From Tubulanus polymorphus (Eukaryota > Animalia > Nemertea): a stretch of 64,000 nucleotides of DNA. Location of the stretch: positions 6,170,485 through 6,234,484 of the forward strand of contig NC_134027.1 in assembly GCF_964204645.1 (NCBI RefSeq), written 5' to 3'. The notes under the pieces are model-generated. The model was given only the letters and a program-made list of their open reading frames with translations, had not been told where the DNA came from and did not search any database. Below, in pieces: positions 38,106 to 64,000 of the stretch (positions are counted from its first letter, which is position 1; each line of letters starts with the position of its first letter). The position numbers were made by a program, and so were the translations under genes.

Positions 38106-38943
38106 TTTTTATTCATATTTCATGATTCTTACATAGATAGTATCATATATGTGTATATGGTATTTGGTGCATTATTATGTACATGAATGTCAGTATATCA
38201 GCATTCAGGAGTAATATTAGACCGTGCGCTTGCAGGCAAACGTTTGAAAATGAAATGTTAGCGCTATCATTGTGTCATGTCCTTGCTCTTTAAGTCCATG
38301 CTAATCATATCGTCGATTGTCCACCTTCATGTAGCCAGCTTAGCAATATGAATAATATCATCACCCGTAATACTGTCACCGGCCCATATTGGCTTAACTC
38401 GATTAACTTTCATCTCATTCTCTTGCGCGATGGATCTTAGTTGAACTCTCTGTTAAGCTTGCATGGTAGGTAACTCTCATTCAATACGATGTAGATTCTA
38501 TACGCCTAACTGGAACTGTCTTGTTCGAGAAGCTTTGCTGTGTAGGACGGTTTATAAATTCTCTATATCATTTGGTCTAACATTTTTTGCCATTCATATC
38601 ATATTCATGGAGTAAGATTGTGCCTATCAGAAAGGAATATTTTCTTTAAAGCCCAACGCACACAACACAGGGAAACACAGAAATGAATATGTTTGATCAT
38701 GGAGGGGTCCATGAACCATGTTTCTCGTTTCTTGTAAATGTGCGTGATGCAAGGATACTCTTGGAAACATGTTTCTGTCTCCTGTTTCACTGTGTTCTGC
38801 ACGTTGGGCTCAAGTCACAGTTGATTCTCAAAATGAACTTCCATTTATTTTGCATGAAATGTTGACAAACTTGTAACCTGTACTGATTTTTTTATGGTTT
38901 TTGTTTTGTAGATTTCTTTTGAGAATCTGATGTAATCGGAAGC

Positions 38944-54675
<15,732 letters not shown>

Positions 54676-57341
54676 TCAAATCTAAAATTGTTGGAGTCAC
54701 ATATGCAAGGTGCTCCGGTGTATCAGTATAAATAAAAGAATTTGGGTAAGAAATTAGATTTCCATTAGTAACATGATAGTCAAATAATAGCCAATATTTT
54801 CTAAAAATTTGAAAAACTTGCAATGTGGCAACCAAGTCAAATAGATTAAGAAATGAGAACAAAATTTATGATAAACTTCTTCATTGATACAGAAATTCGA
54901 CTGATTAGAATAAGTTCCCTGCAATGTGTTTCCTACATATTTGTACATGTGTTTTCCCATGAATATGATATCTGCTGTTCTATAATTTTTCAAAGCTAAA
55001 ATTTTAACGATCTAATGAAATTGTACTTTAGACTCTGCTTAAGACAAATGTGTCAACTCAACCATGTCATCAATTTCTTGCCAATGCATATCCATCGAAG
55101 GTAGATATCATGGTGATCTTTGATGCATTTGTAATTTGCTAAAATACCTCACATTATCTTATATATTTAAATGTCTGTATGTATGTTTATATATTTTCCT
55201 AATCACTGAAACGGATTTATTTATCCATTTTTCATGGCTTGTTCCCAACTTGTTTTTTAAGTCGTCATCTAGTGAAAATTGGATTGCAAGTGTCTATTAC
55301 CAGTATCTATCAATTTACTAGTAAACTTGTTTAAGTTCTGGGCTGTACTGTGATACTACGAAATTTTCCCATTAATTTTCATGGTGCTTTTGCAAACCCT
55401 TCATAGTCTGCCGTAGTACTATATGTGGTAGGAATATTATCTAAATGCATGTTGTACTTGTTGAGCTGTATACCATAATTAGTTTCACTATAGTAAAATA
55501 GTTGTGTTATGCTTTGTATCACGTTTTAGTGATTTAAAAGTTCTATGTGATGTTGTGAAAGCTCAGCAATATCAGGAGATATATGCTTCCAATTAATACA
55601 TAAAGAACGAGACTAAGCTTCTGCTTAAATGAATTGATATTTTATTGAAATATATCTCTTGATTCTCTGGTTTCTGTTAAAAAATGTAATTGAATGTGTT
55701 ATAATCCTTTCTCGTATAATCGCTATTATACTGTAATTAGGATATCTTAAAGGCCAGTTTTCAAACTGGCGATTCAGAAAGTCTCTACTTTTTCAATCAT
55801 AACAATAAATGGAATGTGTATAACTTGAAAAATATTAAAACTGGAATTTGCCATCTGGGATTTAAGTACATATATCTATATAATATGTAGGATTAGGTAT
55901 CTGAATGTCTATGTATGGACCAACACAGGGGCCTGAAGAAATGTTTTAATGCAAAATTTATTTTTTGATGATGAAAATGTCATGTACAATTACATGAACA
56001 AAAACTGTGTAAGAAGGAGATATTTTCATGAGCCCATCATTAAGAGCCCATAGAGCAGCAGTTTTGTAAACTTCATGTCATTCTTATGGAAATGAGAAAG
56101 TTACGTAAATATTGAAGATTCATCGAGATAGAAATAGATCTTTATACATAAATGATATATTTAATCTAATTGTTAATTATTTATTTTACATATGTATTTT
56201 TATGTCATTATAACCATGTCAGTAAAACAAATCAAATCAATTACGTACCGGTTATATACCTACCTGGTATTAATGATATGTACATATTACATTATTTTGT
56301 AATTCTATTCTGGTTATACACGTGTAATGTTACCACATACATACTATGAAATTTATAATTCATTATTATCAATACCAGTATATTTATTGTTTGTTGTGAG
56401 TGAAGAACATAATTATAACAATAAGCAGTTGTTATTATCGACTTGTTGACAATTAAAGAATAATGTGAAGTGATCCCTTAAGATATGTTCTTCTTTGGTT
56501 TGCTGTATTTCTACGGCTTCATATTGTGTGGTGCGTTTTTAAGGCTTAATTTTTGTTGGTTTAAAAATACTAAGCAGCAAACTATTGTTTTGCTCAGCGT
56601 ATAAGTTGAGGTAAATATTTTAGTGGTAAAATCCACTTACATAAGCCGATATTCAACAGTTCCGGTAACGGCCCTACATCGGAAGAAGTTGCCAAGATTC
56701 AATATTCAGCCCCACCCTCTGATTGGTGATATCATATGAATTTTTAATCTAACAAATAAAATATTTTCACTATATGAAAAATATTTTTTCAAAATGTAAA
56801 ATAGTTTCCCCAATACCTACCAAATTTTGAAATGTATATTTTTGGCCACAAAATTATTCTTTGAAAAAGATAAAATACAATATGAAATAGAACTTTCAAC
56901 TAAAGAATTAAAAAGATTTTTCATAGGCAATGCCTTGCCAAACAAGCTCCACTTTGAAGGTAAACTACTTTGCCCATTGGTGATTTACTCTCCTTCCTAT
57001 CATGGCTGGCTTGATATAACACCGGATAAAAGGTGCGACTTATCCCTTCCTCGGTGTGACAAGAGATAGAGGATTATTGATGTACATGTTTTTGTTAGTG
57101 TAGTACATGTATGTATCTTAAAGTGGATTCCGAGCCGCGACAATTCTTCTGATGAGACAAAAGACAGTGAGATTGGAGGAACCACTGAAACCTTCCTCAT
57201 AACATACACAGCAATAAATGAACAAATATCAGAATTGAAGTTGATATTTTTTTGATTTCATAATTCTTTTATGTCCCCACATCTATGAAACTGAGCACTG
57301 TTGAGGATAAAGATCACCTTCTCAATTGCCATAAAATCCTG

Positions 57342-57559
57342 GGGCCGGTTTTATAGACAGATATCAACAATAAACCATGAGAAAATGAATAGAGTTAGCC
57401 CCCGCCAGTCTATAAAACCAGCCCCTGGGGCCGGTTTCATAGTTGAGACTTAAGTCCAAAAGAGGTCTTAATTAAATCTTTAGACTGGTCTTAAGCTGTT
57501 AGATTAGCTATATAACTAAAAGAGTCTTAAGTCTTAAGTCATGACTATGGAACTGGCCC
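57342..57559. mobile_element. Two adjacent PIF/Harbinger-type MITEs sharing a CTG TSD
   Basis: CTG-[GGGCCGGTTTTATAGAC..GTCTATAAAACCAGCCC, 57342-57424]-CTG-[GGGCCGGTTTCATAGT..ACTATGGAACTGGCCC, 57428-57559]-CTG. Confidence 0.85.
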
Positions 57560-57650
57560 CTGAGCTCTTGGTATACATAGATTTGAATCACATGTATTCT
57601 GTGAGATAGATAGTTAAAGTTATTAGGCCTAACTGAGAAGAGTTAACTAT

Positions 57651-58526
57651 TCAGATGATAGATGTCATTGGATATTTTCGTTTAACAGTTGCTCTAGTGC
57701 GTGGTAATTGCACCGGACGCAGGTAAGGATTATCCATCAAATCGGCATCAGCATTTTCAGCGTCAATGAATGATTTACTAGTGTCCGCATCCGAACGCAT
57801 CTCGGAAGCTGCAGCTGCTGTCGATTGTTTTTGCTGCTGCTCTTTTTCATCCCTGTCCGCGGCGGATTCGTCCGTGGAATCGGTTTCGTTCTGATTCTGA
57901 TCCCTTGGTAACAGCGCGTGTAAATACGGTATCGCCAGCGGTTTATTAGCGATCAACGGAAACGAATTATCCTCGTCGAACAGACAATGCGTCTCTCCAG
58001 TTTTCGCGATGAAACGCGTCAATCCTTTTTCGACGTCGCGTTTTTGCGAGGCGATCTTCTCACGAATCACCTGATATTCGTTTAGCGGCTGTTTATGCGT
58101 CGGAGTTTTGATGTAAGTATGCGGATCGGGGAATTCCGGTAAATAATCCGGTATATGCGACGGGTGCGATTTACGTTGACCGGTTTGTAAAATGCGGTGC
58201 TGCCCCGTGTCGGATTTCATTGCCGGTGGCAACAGCATCATTTTATTCGTTCGTTTCGCGTAAGCCGGTAGCGATTCCACAGAAAATCCCATTTCGATTA
58301 AAGACAATACAACATCCCCCAATAATGGCTTAGTTCGACCAGCGTGTTCGCAGAAGTTATGTCCGCTCGTTGCGAGCTGGATCATGAAGCTTTGCATGAT
58401 TTCGACCAATGTTTCACACGCGGCAGGCTCAATTGAATTGAATCCGATTTCGCTGCATAGTGCAGCGACACAACTTTTGAGGACATGACGACGAGATGCT
58501 GCGTAGTTAGCCTCTTTAGACGTCAT
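57651..58526 (-). CDS. TAF8: TFIID subunit 8, 291 aa, single coding exon
   Basis: N-terminal histone fold (VAALCSEIGF..ETLVEIMQSF..FCEHAGRT..DVVLSLIEMG), the TAF8 signature HIPDYLPEFPDPHTYIKTPT and REKIASQKRDVEKGLTRF, and C-terminal DNPYLRPV followed by a basic NLS-like tail. Confidence 0.96.
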   Translation of the reverse strand: MTSKEANYAASRRHVLKSCVAALCSEIGFNSIEPAACETLVEIMQSFMIQLATSGHNFCEHAGRTKPLLGDVVLSLIEMGFSVESLPAYAKRTNKMMLLPPAMKSDTGQHRILQTGQRKSHPSHIPDYLPEFPDPHTYIKTPTHKQPLNEYQVIREKIASQKRDVEKGLTRFIAKTGETHCLFDEDNSFPLIANKPLAIPYLHALLPRDQNQNETDSTDESAADRDEKEQQQKQSTAAAASEMRSDADTSKSFIDAENADADLMDNPYLRPVQLPRTRATVKRKYPMTSII

Positions 58527-58959
58527 TATTTTCGGAAAGTGAGGACTACCACGAGATCTAACACCGACAACAAATGCTATTCGAGATCAACAACAGCCAA
58601 TCATTCGACTTATTTCTGCTAAAATCTGAAACATACCAAACGAGATATAAATAATAATGGTGCCTGAAGAAATCAGACCCGAGGAATTTCGACCTGTAGG
58701 TACTGAATCTTAGACCTGCACTCTGGCAGAAAGTCATTGTTAATGACTGACAATAATAATAAATAAAACGATATTTCAAACTTACGACGAATATTAGTTG
58801 AAAAGAGCCATTATCAAAGACAAATGAATATCATCTCGTCAGTCATAGACATAAATATTCATCATTTTGGGACAACACAACACCAACATACATTTAGTGA
58901 TTTTAGTGCCTATAATTTAGATGGTATATCTAACGAATATATTTTATTTGCCTTTATTC

Positions 58960-59070
58960 AACAATTCGAGAAAAAGGAAAACGCGGAAGTCGACGCCGAG
59001 CATATTACTCGGAGCCAACCTTTTTACCTTTTTTTCACTATAATGGTGGCGCTAGTGTACGGTGATTTTT
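58960..59070. promoter_or_regulatory. Putative bidirectional promoter between TAF8 and the membrane-protein gene
   Basis: The genes are head-to-head. CpG-containing patch with an ETS-type CGGAAGT (58984) and GGTGGCGCTAGTG (~59045). Divergent UTR donors lie at 59095 (+) and ~58785 (-). Confidence 0.5.
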
Positions 59071-59395
59071 GTATATTAGGCTGAGGGCTAAAAGGTAATT
59101 TGATTTATTTTGTCAGTACTTAATCTTTCATGAATATGATTCTTAAGATCGTGGAAAGGTTGTACAGTCGCTCCCTACTTTCTATTCTAGAAGTTGTAGG
59201 TGAATCAATGAGGAGGTGGTGAAATATAAACTTGAGTTGTTGAAAGACTGTTAGAGTTGCGCTAATTACCAAAAGAAACCTGTCCCTTGACTTATCTAAC
59301 ATCTATCTTTTTACAGGTGCTCATAGAGGTGAAATAAGAATACACGTGAATAAAGGGAGATCTTACGAACAAGTCAAAACTGCACATCTAAAGCA

Positions 59396-60569
59396 ATGTT
59401 TCAAGGTTATATGGAAGACAAGTTAAATCGACTTGATAGATCAGCTCGCGGGTTGAAATGGACAGATACGATGCTACCCGTCGGGATAGCACTCGGATTT
59501 CTAGTCCTTGTGCCATACCTTCATATTGGTAAGTTTTCAAATTTCCTCTGGTATGATGACAGATAACCGTTGAGAATAACTGGTTGTGACATAACAATTT
59601 CCTTGAGCTAGCACCAGTTTATTGAAAGCTTTGACTATATTCCTATACTCCTAATCTCCGACTATAGAATAAGTCGAAATGCTAACTCAAGGAAACATTG
59701 GAGAAATGTTGTTTATCATTATGATGAGGGATTGCATTAATCTGATTGATTTAATTGCAGGTGTTGTATATAGAATGTGGACACCAGATAAGGGACACAT
59801 AGACCGCAACAATTGTTCGTGTTCCTGTTTTGATACAGTATTTCGTGGTGAGTGCTACGTTGTAACTTTGGAAGTCTCAATTAAAGAAATTTCAATCAAA
59901 GGCAATTTTGGAATTAATTATTTCTTTGATATTTCAGGTGCCTATGAATACCCTATCAGTGGTTACAAACATGTGTATTTCAACGCTACAAATATAACGT
60001 TGAAAATCTTTGCATTATCTGTCGTATTCATAATCCTGGCGTATGAGTGCGTGCGTCACATCTTCCTCATCTATCGTTACAGTCGAATGTCATATTCGAT
60101 GCTCATAATCGTCCTGGCATCGATTTATCCTCATTATTACAGCTGGTGGTCGTATTTCAGCTATTTGAACGAGGAATACTACTGGCACTGGTATCACGAT
60201 ATGTTCTTCTCGTTGACCGAGGTTGTTACGTCCGTCATGGCACTGCACTTGCTCGATCGTAAGGTTGAAAAAACTACGCTGAAATTGCTCGTTATTTTCA
60301 ACATTAACACCGTACATGTTCTCGCGAGTGGCTTCGATCAGTTCATCGAACATGTCATTTTGAAAAAGGGCGCAAATTTCCAGATCTATCGCAACTGGGG
60401 GTTAATGATTCCCGATTTGATTTCGGTGATGGTCGTAATGTTCGAGTTCTACCGTATGATGCAAAAACGACGGAAAACTGTAAAAGAACTGTTTTACAAG
60501 GAGGAAATCCTTATGTCTGTTCTGTTTATTCTTTTAGGAACAATTTTGGTGGATTTAATTCAATACTAA
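59396..60569 (+). CDS. Uncharacterised multi-pass membrane protein, ~283 aa
   Basis: join(59396..59528,59761..59847,59938..60569), 852 nt in frame, with a probable UTR intron at 59095-59316. It has several hydrophobic helices, a Cys motif CSCSCFDTVFRG, YKHVYFN, and an aromatic segment YPHYYSWWSYFSYLNEEYYWHWYHD. The supplied 296-aa ORF reads through intron sequence. Confidence 0.85.
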
Positions 60570-60685
60570 GTTGATTATGCATATCTATAATCTAATGTAT
60601 ATAACTACCTAATCACAGAGGTCGGGAGATGACAAATCATACAATTGCTAGGTCATGTCTCTATAAAGACAGTACCAGAAAGTTT

Positions 60686-60972
60686 TACCCTTGCAGTGCT
60701 GACTAATTAATACCCAGAGTGCTGGAGACAATTTGAAAATTTTAAGAAATACCACCCCAGTGTTTTGAAAAACAGGCATACTGCGTTAGTGCATCTACAC
60801 CGTGGTGCGGTGTATCGTTGGCTATTGATATTTCACTATGTTTGACAGGTGCAGTCATGTTTCATTAGATGAATACCAATAACAAATAGCATCAATGCAC
60901 CGCAATTCGCTGTGGTAGCTAAGTCCATTACAGATTTATACACTTCACTATGGTGTAGATACACTGAATGGG
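60686..60972. mobile_element. Degenerate piggyBac-like MITE
   Basis: Ends are CCCTTGCAGTGC / ACACTGAATGGG-TTAA, with an inner inverted repeat AGTGCATCTACACCGTGGTG / CACTATGGTGTAGATACACT. Confidence 0.45.
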
Positions 60973-61903
60973 TTAATATGGTTTTATCAGTTATGAAGTG
61001 ACGGCCTATAATTGATTATGACAATTGATTTTCAGTACCTAGTTATTTTAGAAATTATGTGTAATAACGAATAGATTGTAATGATTTGATGAAAACGTTA
61101 GATCATGAACAGCTTCAGTATTTGCAAATTAATTATTAGATAATCATATTTTATTCATTGATTAGTGATTGATTTTATTAGATGAATATGAGATCATTAG
61201 GTTACTATGATAATTAAAGTTTCAAATGTGCATATCTTTGTACCCCTAGCATTCCAATTTCTAGAAACATTCCAGTTTGATAGGAAATTGCTATTTAGAA
61301 ATCATTCTCAATTCTAGATTGTGTATATATATGTAAGCATGGTGTATGTTTTAGAAAATCATGATTCAGCTGGCTGAAAATATTTCAATGGTCCATCCAT
61401 CATTTGTTCAATCAACTTGTATGAAGTAAAAGATATGTATTTTGTGATAGATATTGTAAAACTATTTGAAATTATAAATAGTTTTTACTGTAATTATCTT
61501 TATGTATATAGATAAACACTCCTATTTTGTATTAGTGCACATCATTTTTTATCTTCAATAAAAGAATCTTATAAAACTTTAAGGCTGTCTTCGTTTTATC
61601 TTCAATCTAAATTTATGGGACATCACAATCATATCATGCATTGGGTTCACCAAGAACCTTAGTGTCTCATGTACCACAGACTGGGTGTTTCGGTACACTC
61701 AAGATCGAGATCACGCAGAAACAACCACTGCTGCAGAGAGTTAACAAAATTATTTTCTCATTTTGGAGTTCCATAGAATTTCTCGGGGTCGAATGTACCT
61801 CTACCCGCGCAAATGGAGCCAACCGCAAAGGTACGAAGCCAACACTGGCAGTCGAGGAGTAATCATCATCCGGGACTCTCTTGACGCTTTCTGGGTAATA
61901 AAC

Positions 61904-62312
61904 AACATGGCGGCACCCATCCTGAAGTGGAAGCGGGTTACAAATACCGCTGGGCCGTGTCCTAGGCCTCGGCATGGACATCGGGCGGTGGCAATTAGAG
62001 ATTTGATGGTAGTTTTTGGTGGTGGCAACGAAGGGATAGTCGATGAGTTGCATGTTTTCAATACAGGTAAGAAAATAGTCATTTTTTCTAGCGTTTAAAA
62101 ATCCAAGATGGCGGCTTTGTTGTTAATTGTCGTTGTTTCGGACTGGCGCTCAGAATTGCGCTTTAAATAAAGATGAAAACAGAAAAAAATAGTAAATTTT
62201 GTTAGTCGCCGAATGTTGTTGATCTATCAATGATTTAGCAAGCGTTTTTGATAGGTTCATTGTCTAGCGATCAGTTTTTTTCGTCAACTTTCAAAATTTC
62301 AAAATGGCGGCG
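61904..62312 (+). promoter_or_regulatory. Cluster of three YY1-type motifs (AANATGGCGGC)
   Basis: AACATGGCGGC at 61904, AAGATGGCGGC at 62105 and AAAATGGCGGC at 62301. Confidence 0.65.
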
Positions 62313-63981
62313 CCCATCATCAATCGCCGCCGCGAGCCTGTAACCCGTGTTTTTATTTACATATTGCTGTCATGTTTGGTCGCATTGAACGACATTTAGA
62401 TGTTATCTGATTTTAAATTAACGTGAAACGTGATCGCATTCGAATTAACTTATATTACATGTTTGCTTGTATGCTCTACACCACTGCTCGAAAAAAGGAA
62501 TGAACAATATCTACACATAATTAACATAAATTTTCTCCCACAATCCTCCATCAAATGTAAACAAACCCACGTGCTTCTGTTATGTTTTGTATTCAGTCCG
62601 ATGATTGTTTGTTTTGATAATAGTCAGTAGTTTCGAAACCTGGATATAGAAATAGATGATTTATATAGATGATAATATTTAAATATAGAAAAAGGATATT
62701 TGATCTGTATGTTTTGTCCTGTATTGATGTTAATATTTTATTGCATGTATCTCCTGTAAAACTATTTAAAGCAATCAATGAAATCAAGTTCAAGATAATA
62801 GAAATAGAAATATTTAGAATGATTTAACAAACACAAATAGAACAGAAATTGAAATGATAGATCAGTAGATTCCTGCAATAATTGAATGACAACTAATTAT
62901 TAAGTTTATTAATTTTAGGATATAGTAGTTTTTCGGGTCGTTGCCACCTATTATCTAAATATTTCTATTTCTATTGTCTTGTCATTCGATTATTGTGGGA
63001 TTTTCACAGATATTCTGATCCACTGATTCATCCCACAATATTGTTCAAAGACTTTCAAAGGTCTATTTAAAATGCTAGTTATATTAGAAGGAAGGAGGAT
63101 GGTTGAATTATTTCTAGTATTGTAAGATTTCAACAAGTTTCAACAATTGTGGGATCTTGCATTTAATGAAAATTATAATTTATTTAGCCAGCAATCATTT
63201 TGTATTCATTGATTTGATCGGCATATAAAACTCTGGTCTATCTTATATGAATTATGTCAGCAGCTGAACTTTTTGGAGAGTAATATCCAAATGATTTTCT
63301 GAACTTCTGGCATATCTAATAGAAACATTGAATGGAGTAAGATATAGTTCTATTAATTGCAGCTACTGGTCAGTGGTTTGTCCCAGCTGTCAGAGGAGAT
63401 ATACCTCCTGGTTGTGCAGCGTATGGCTTTGTTTGTGATGGCACGCGAATTTTAGTATTTGGTGGCATGATAGAGTACGGTAAATACTCAAGTGACCTTT
63501 ATGAACTACAAGCTAGTCGTTGGGAATGGAAAAAAGTGAAGGCAAAGCCTCCAAAGAGTCAATCACCACCACCTTGCCCTCGCCTTGGTAGGTAACCGGC
63601 AAGTAATGTTGATATAAATAAGGCCTGCAAGCCTAGAGACCTTCCTCATATTTACAGTACTATTTCATTTATGATTCTTAATAGGACATAGTTTCACACT
63701 ACTGGGACAGAAGTGTTATTTATTTGGCGGTCTGGCCAATGATTCAGAAGATCCAAAAAACAACATACCGAGATATCTAAATGATGTGTACACTCTTGAA
63801 TTGAGACCAAATTCGAGCGTGATGTCATGGGATTTCCCACAGTGTATCGGTACAGCGCCTCCTCCACGAGAATCTCATTCTGCTGCTGCTTACTCGGGCA
63901 AAGATGGGAAGAAATCCCAACTTATCATTTATGGCGGAATGAGTGGATGTCGTCTCGGGGATCTGTGGATATTGGATGGAG
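61907..63981 (+). CDS. HCFC1: Host cell factor 1, N-terminal Kelch repeats (partial; continues beyond the window)
   Basis: join(61907..62066,63363..63587,63685..63981). [48 protein letters not shown]; [39 protein letters not shown]; [21 protein letters not shown]; PPPRESH; [13 protein letters not shown]. Confidence 0.97.
62791..62981. repeat. Inverted repeat with 28-bp arms in HCFC1 intron 1
   Basis: CAAGATAATAGAAATAGAAATATTTAGA / TCTAAATATTTCTATTTCTATTGTCTTG, one mismatch. Confidence 0.7.
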
Positions 63982-64000
63982 GTATGGTTCAATGTTCTCT

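Noticed and set aside
59679-59760. N-terminus of the supplied 296-aa ORF, and its 59848-59937 segment
   Set aside because: Both are intron sequence that happens to be open. Canonical splice sites give a better 3-exon model starting at 59396.
61641-62082. Several overlapping or antisense ORFs at the HCFC1 start
   Set aside because: By-products of GC-rich promoter and exon 1 sequence. Only the frame from ATG 61907 matches HCF-1.

Overview
AT-rich eukaryotic genomic DNA with spliceosomal GT-AG introns. It is most likely an invertebrate bilaterian, probably a lophotrochozoan (inference from gene content, short introns and repeat types). I assembled six protein-coding genes by hand from splice sites and reading frames: RPUSD2 (RluA-family pseudouridine synthase, +, 8582-12342), ATP6AP1/Ac45 (V-ATPase accessory subunit S1, -, 16290-19418), a novel-class PKC delta/theta (+, 38944-54675), TAF8 (-, intronless CDS, 57651-58526), an uncharacterised multi-pass membrane protein (+, 59396-60569) and the 5' end of HCFC1 (+, from 61907, running off the window). 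The first ~8 kb is repeat-derived, and introns and intergenic DNA carry many non-autonomous DNA transposons/MITEs. Best leads: (i) three tiny CAT(A/G)G...C(C/T)ATG hairpin elements stacked at one target site inside a tandem repeat; (ii) a possible dual mitochondrial/nuclear start in RPUSD2, plus a SUMO-motif-rich insert; (iii) frame-preserving alternative exons and a C2-less isoform start in the PKC gene; (iv) an M-box/CRE head-to-head promoter at ATP6AP1; (v) the orphan membrane protein; (vi) a YY1 motif cluster at HCFC1. I found no clearly new multi-gene system. All calls come from reading the sequence; no database searches were run.
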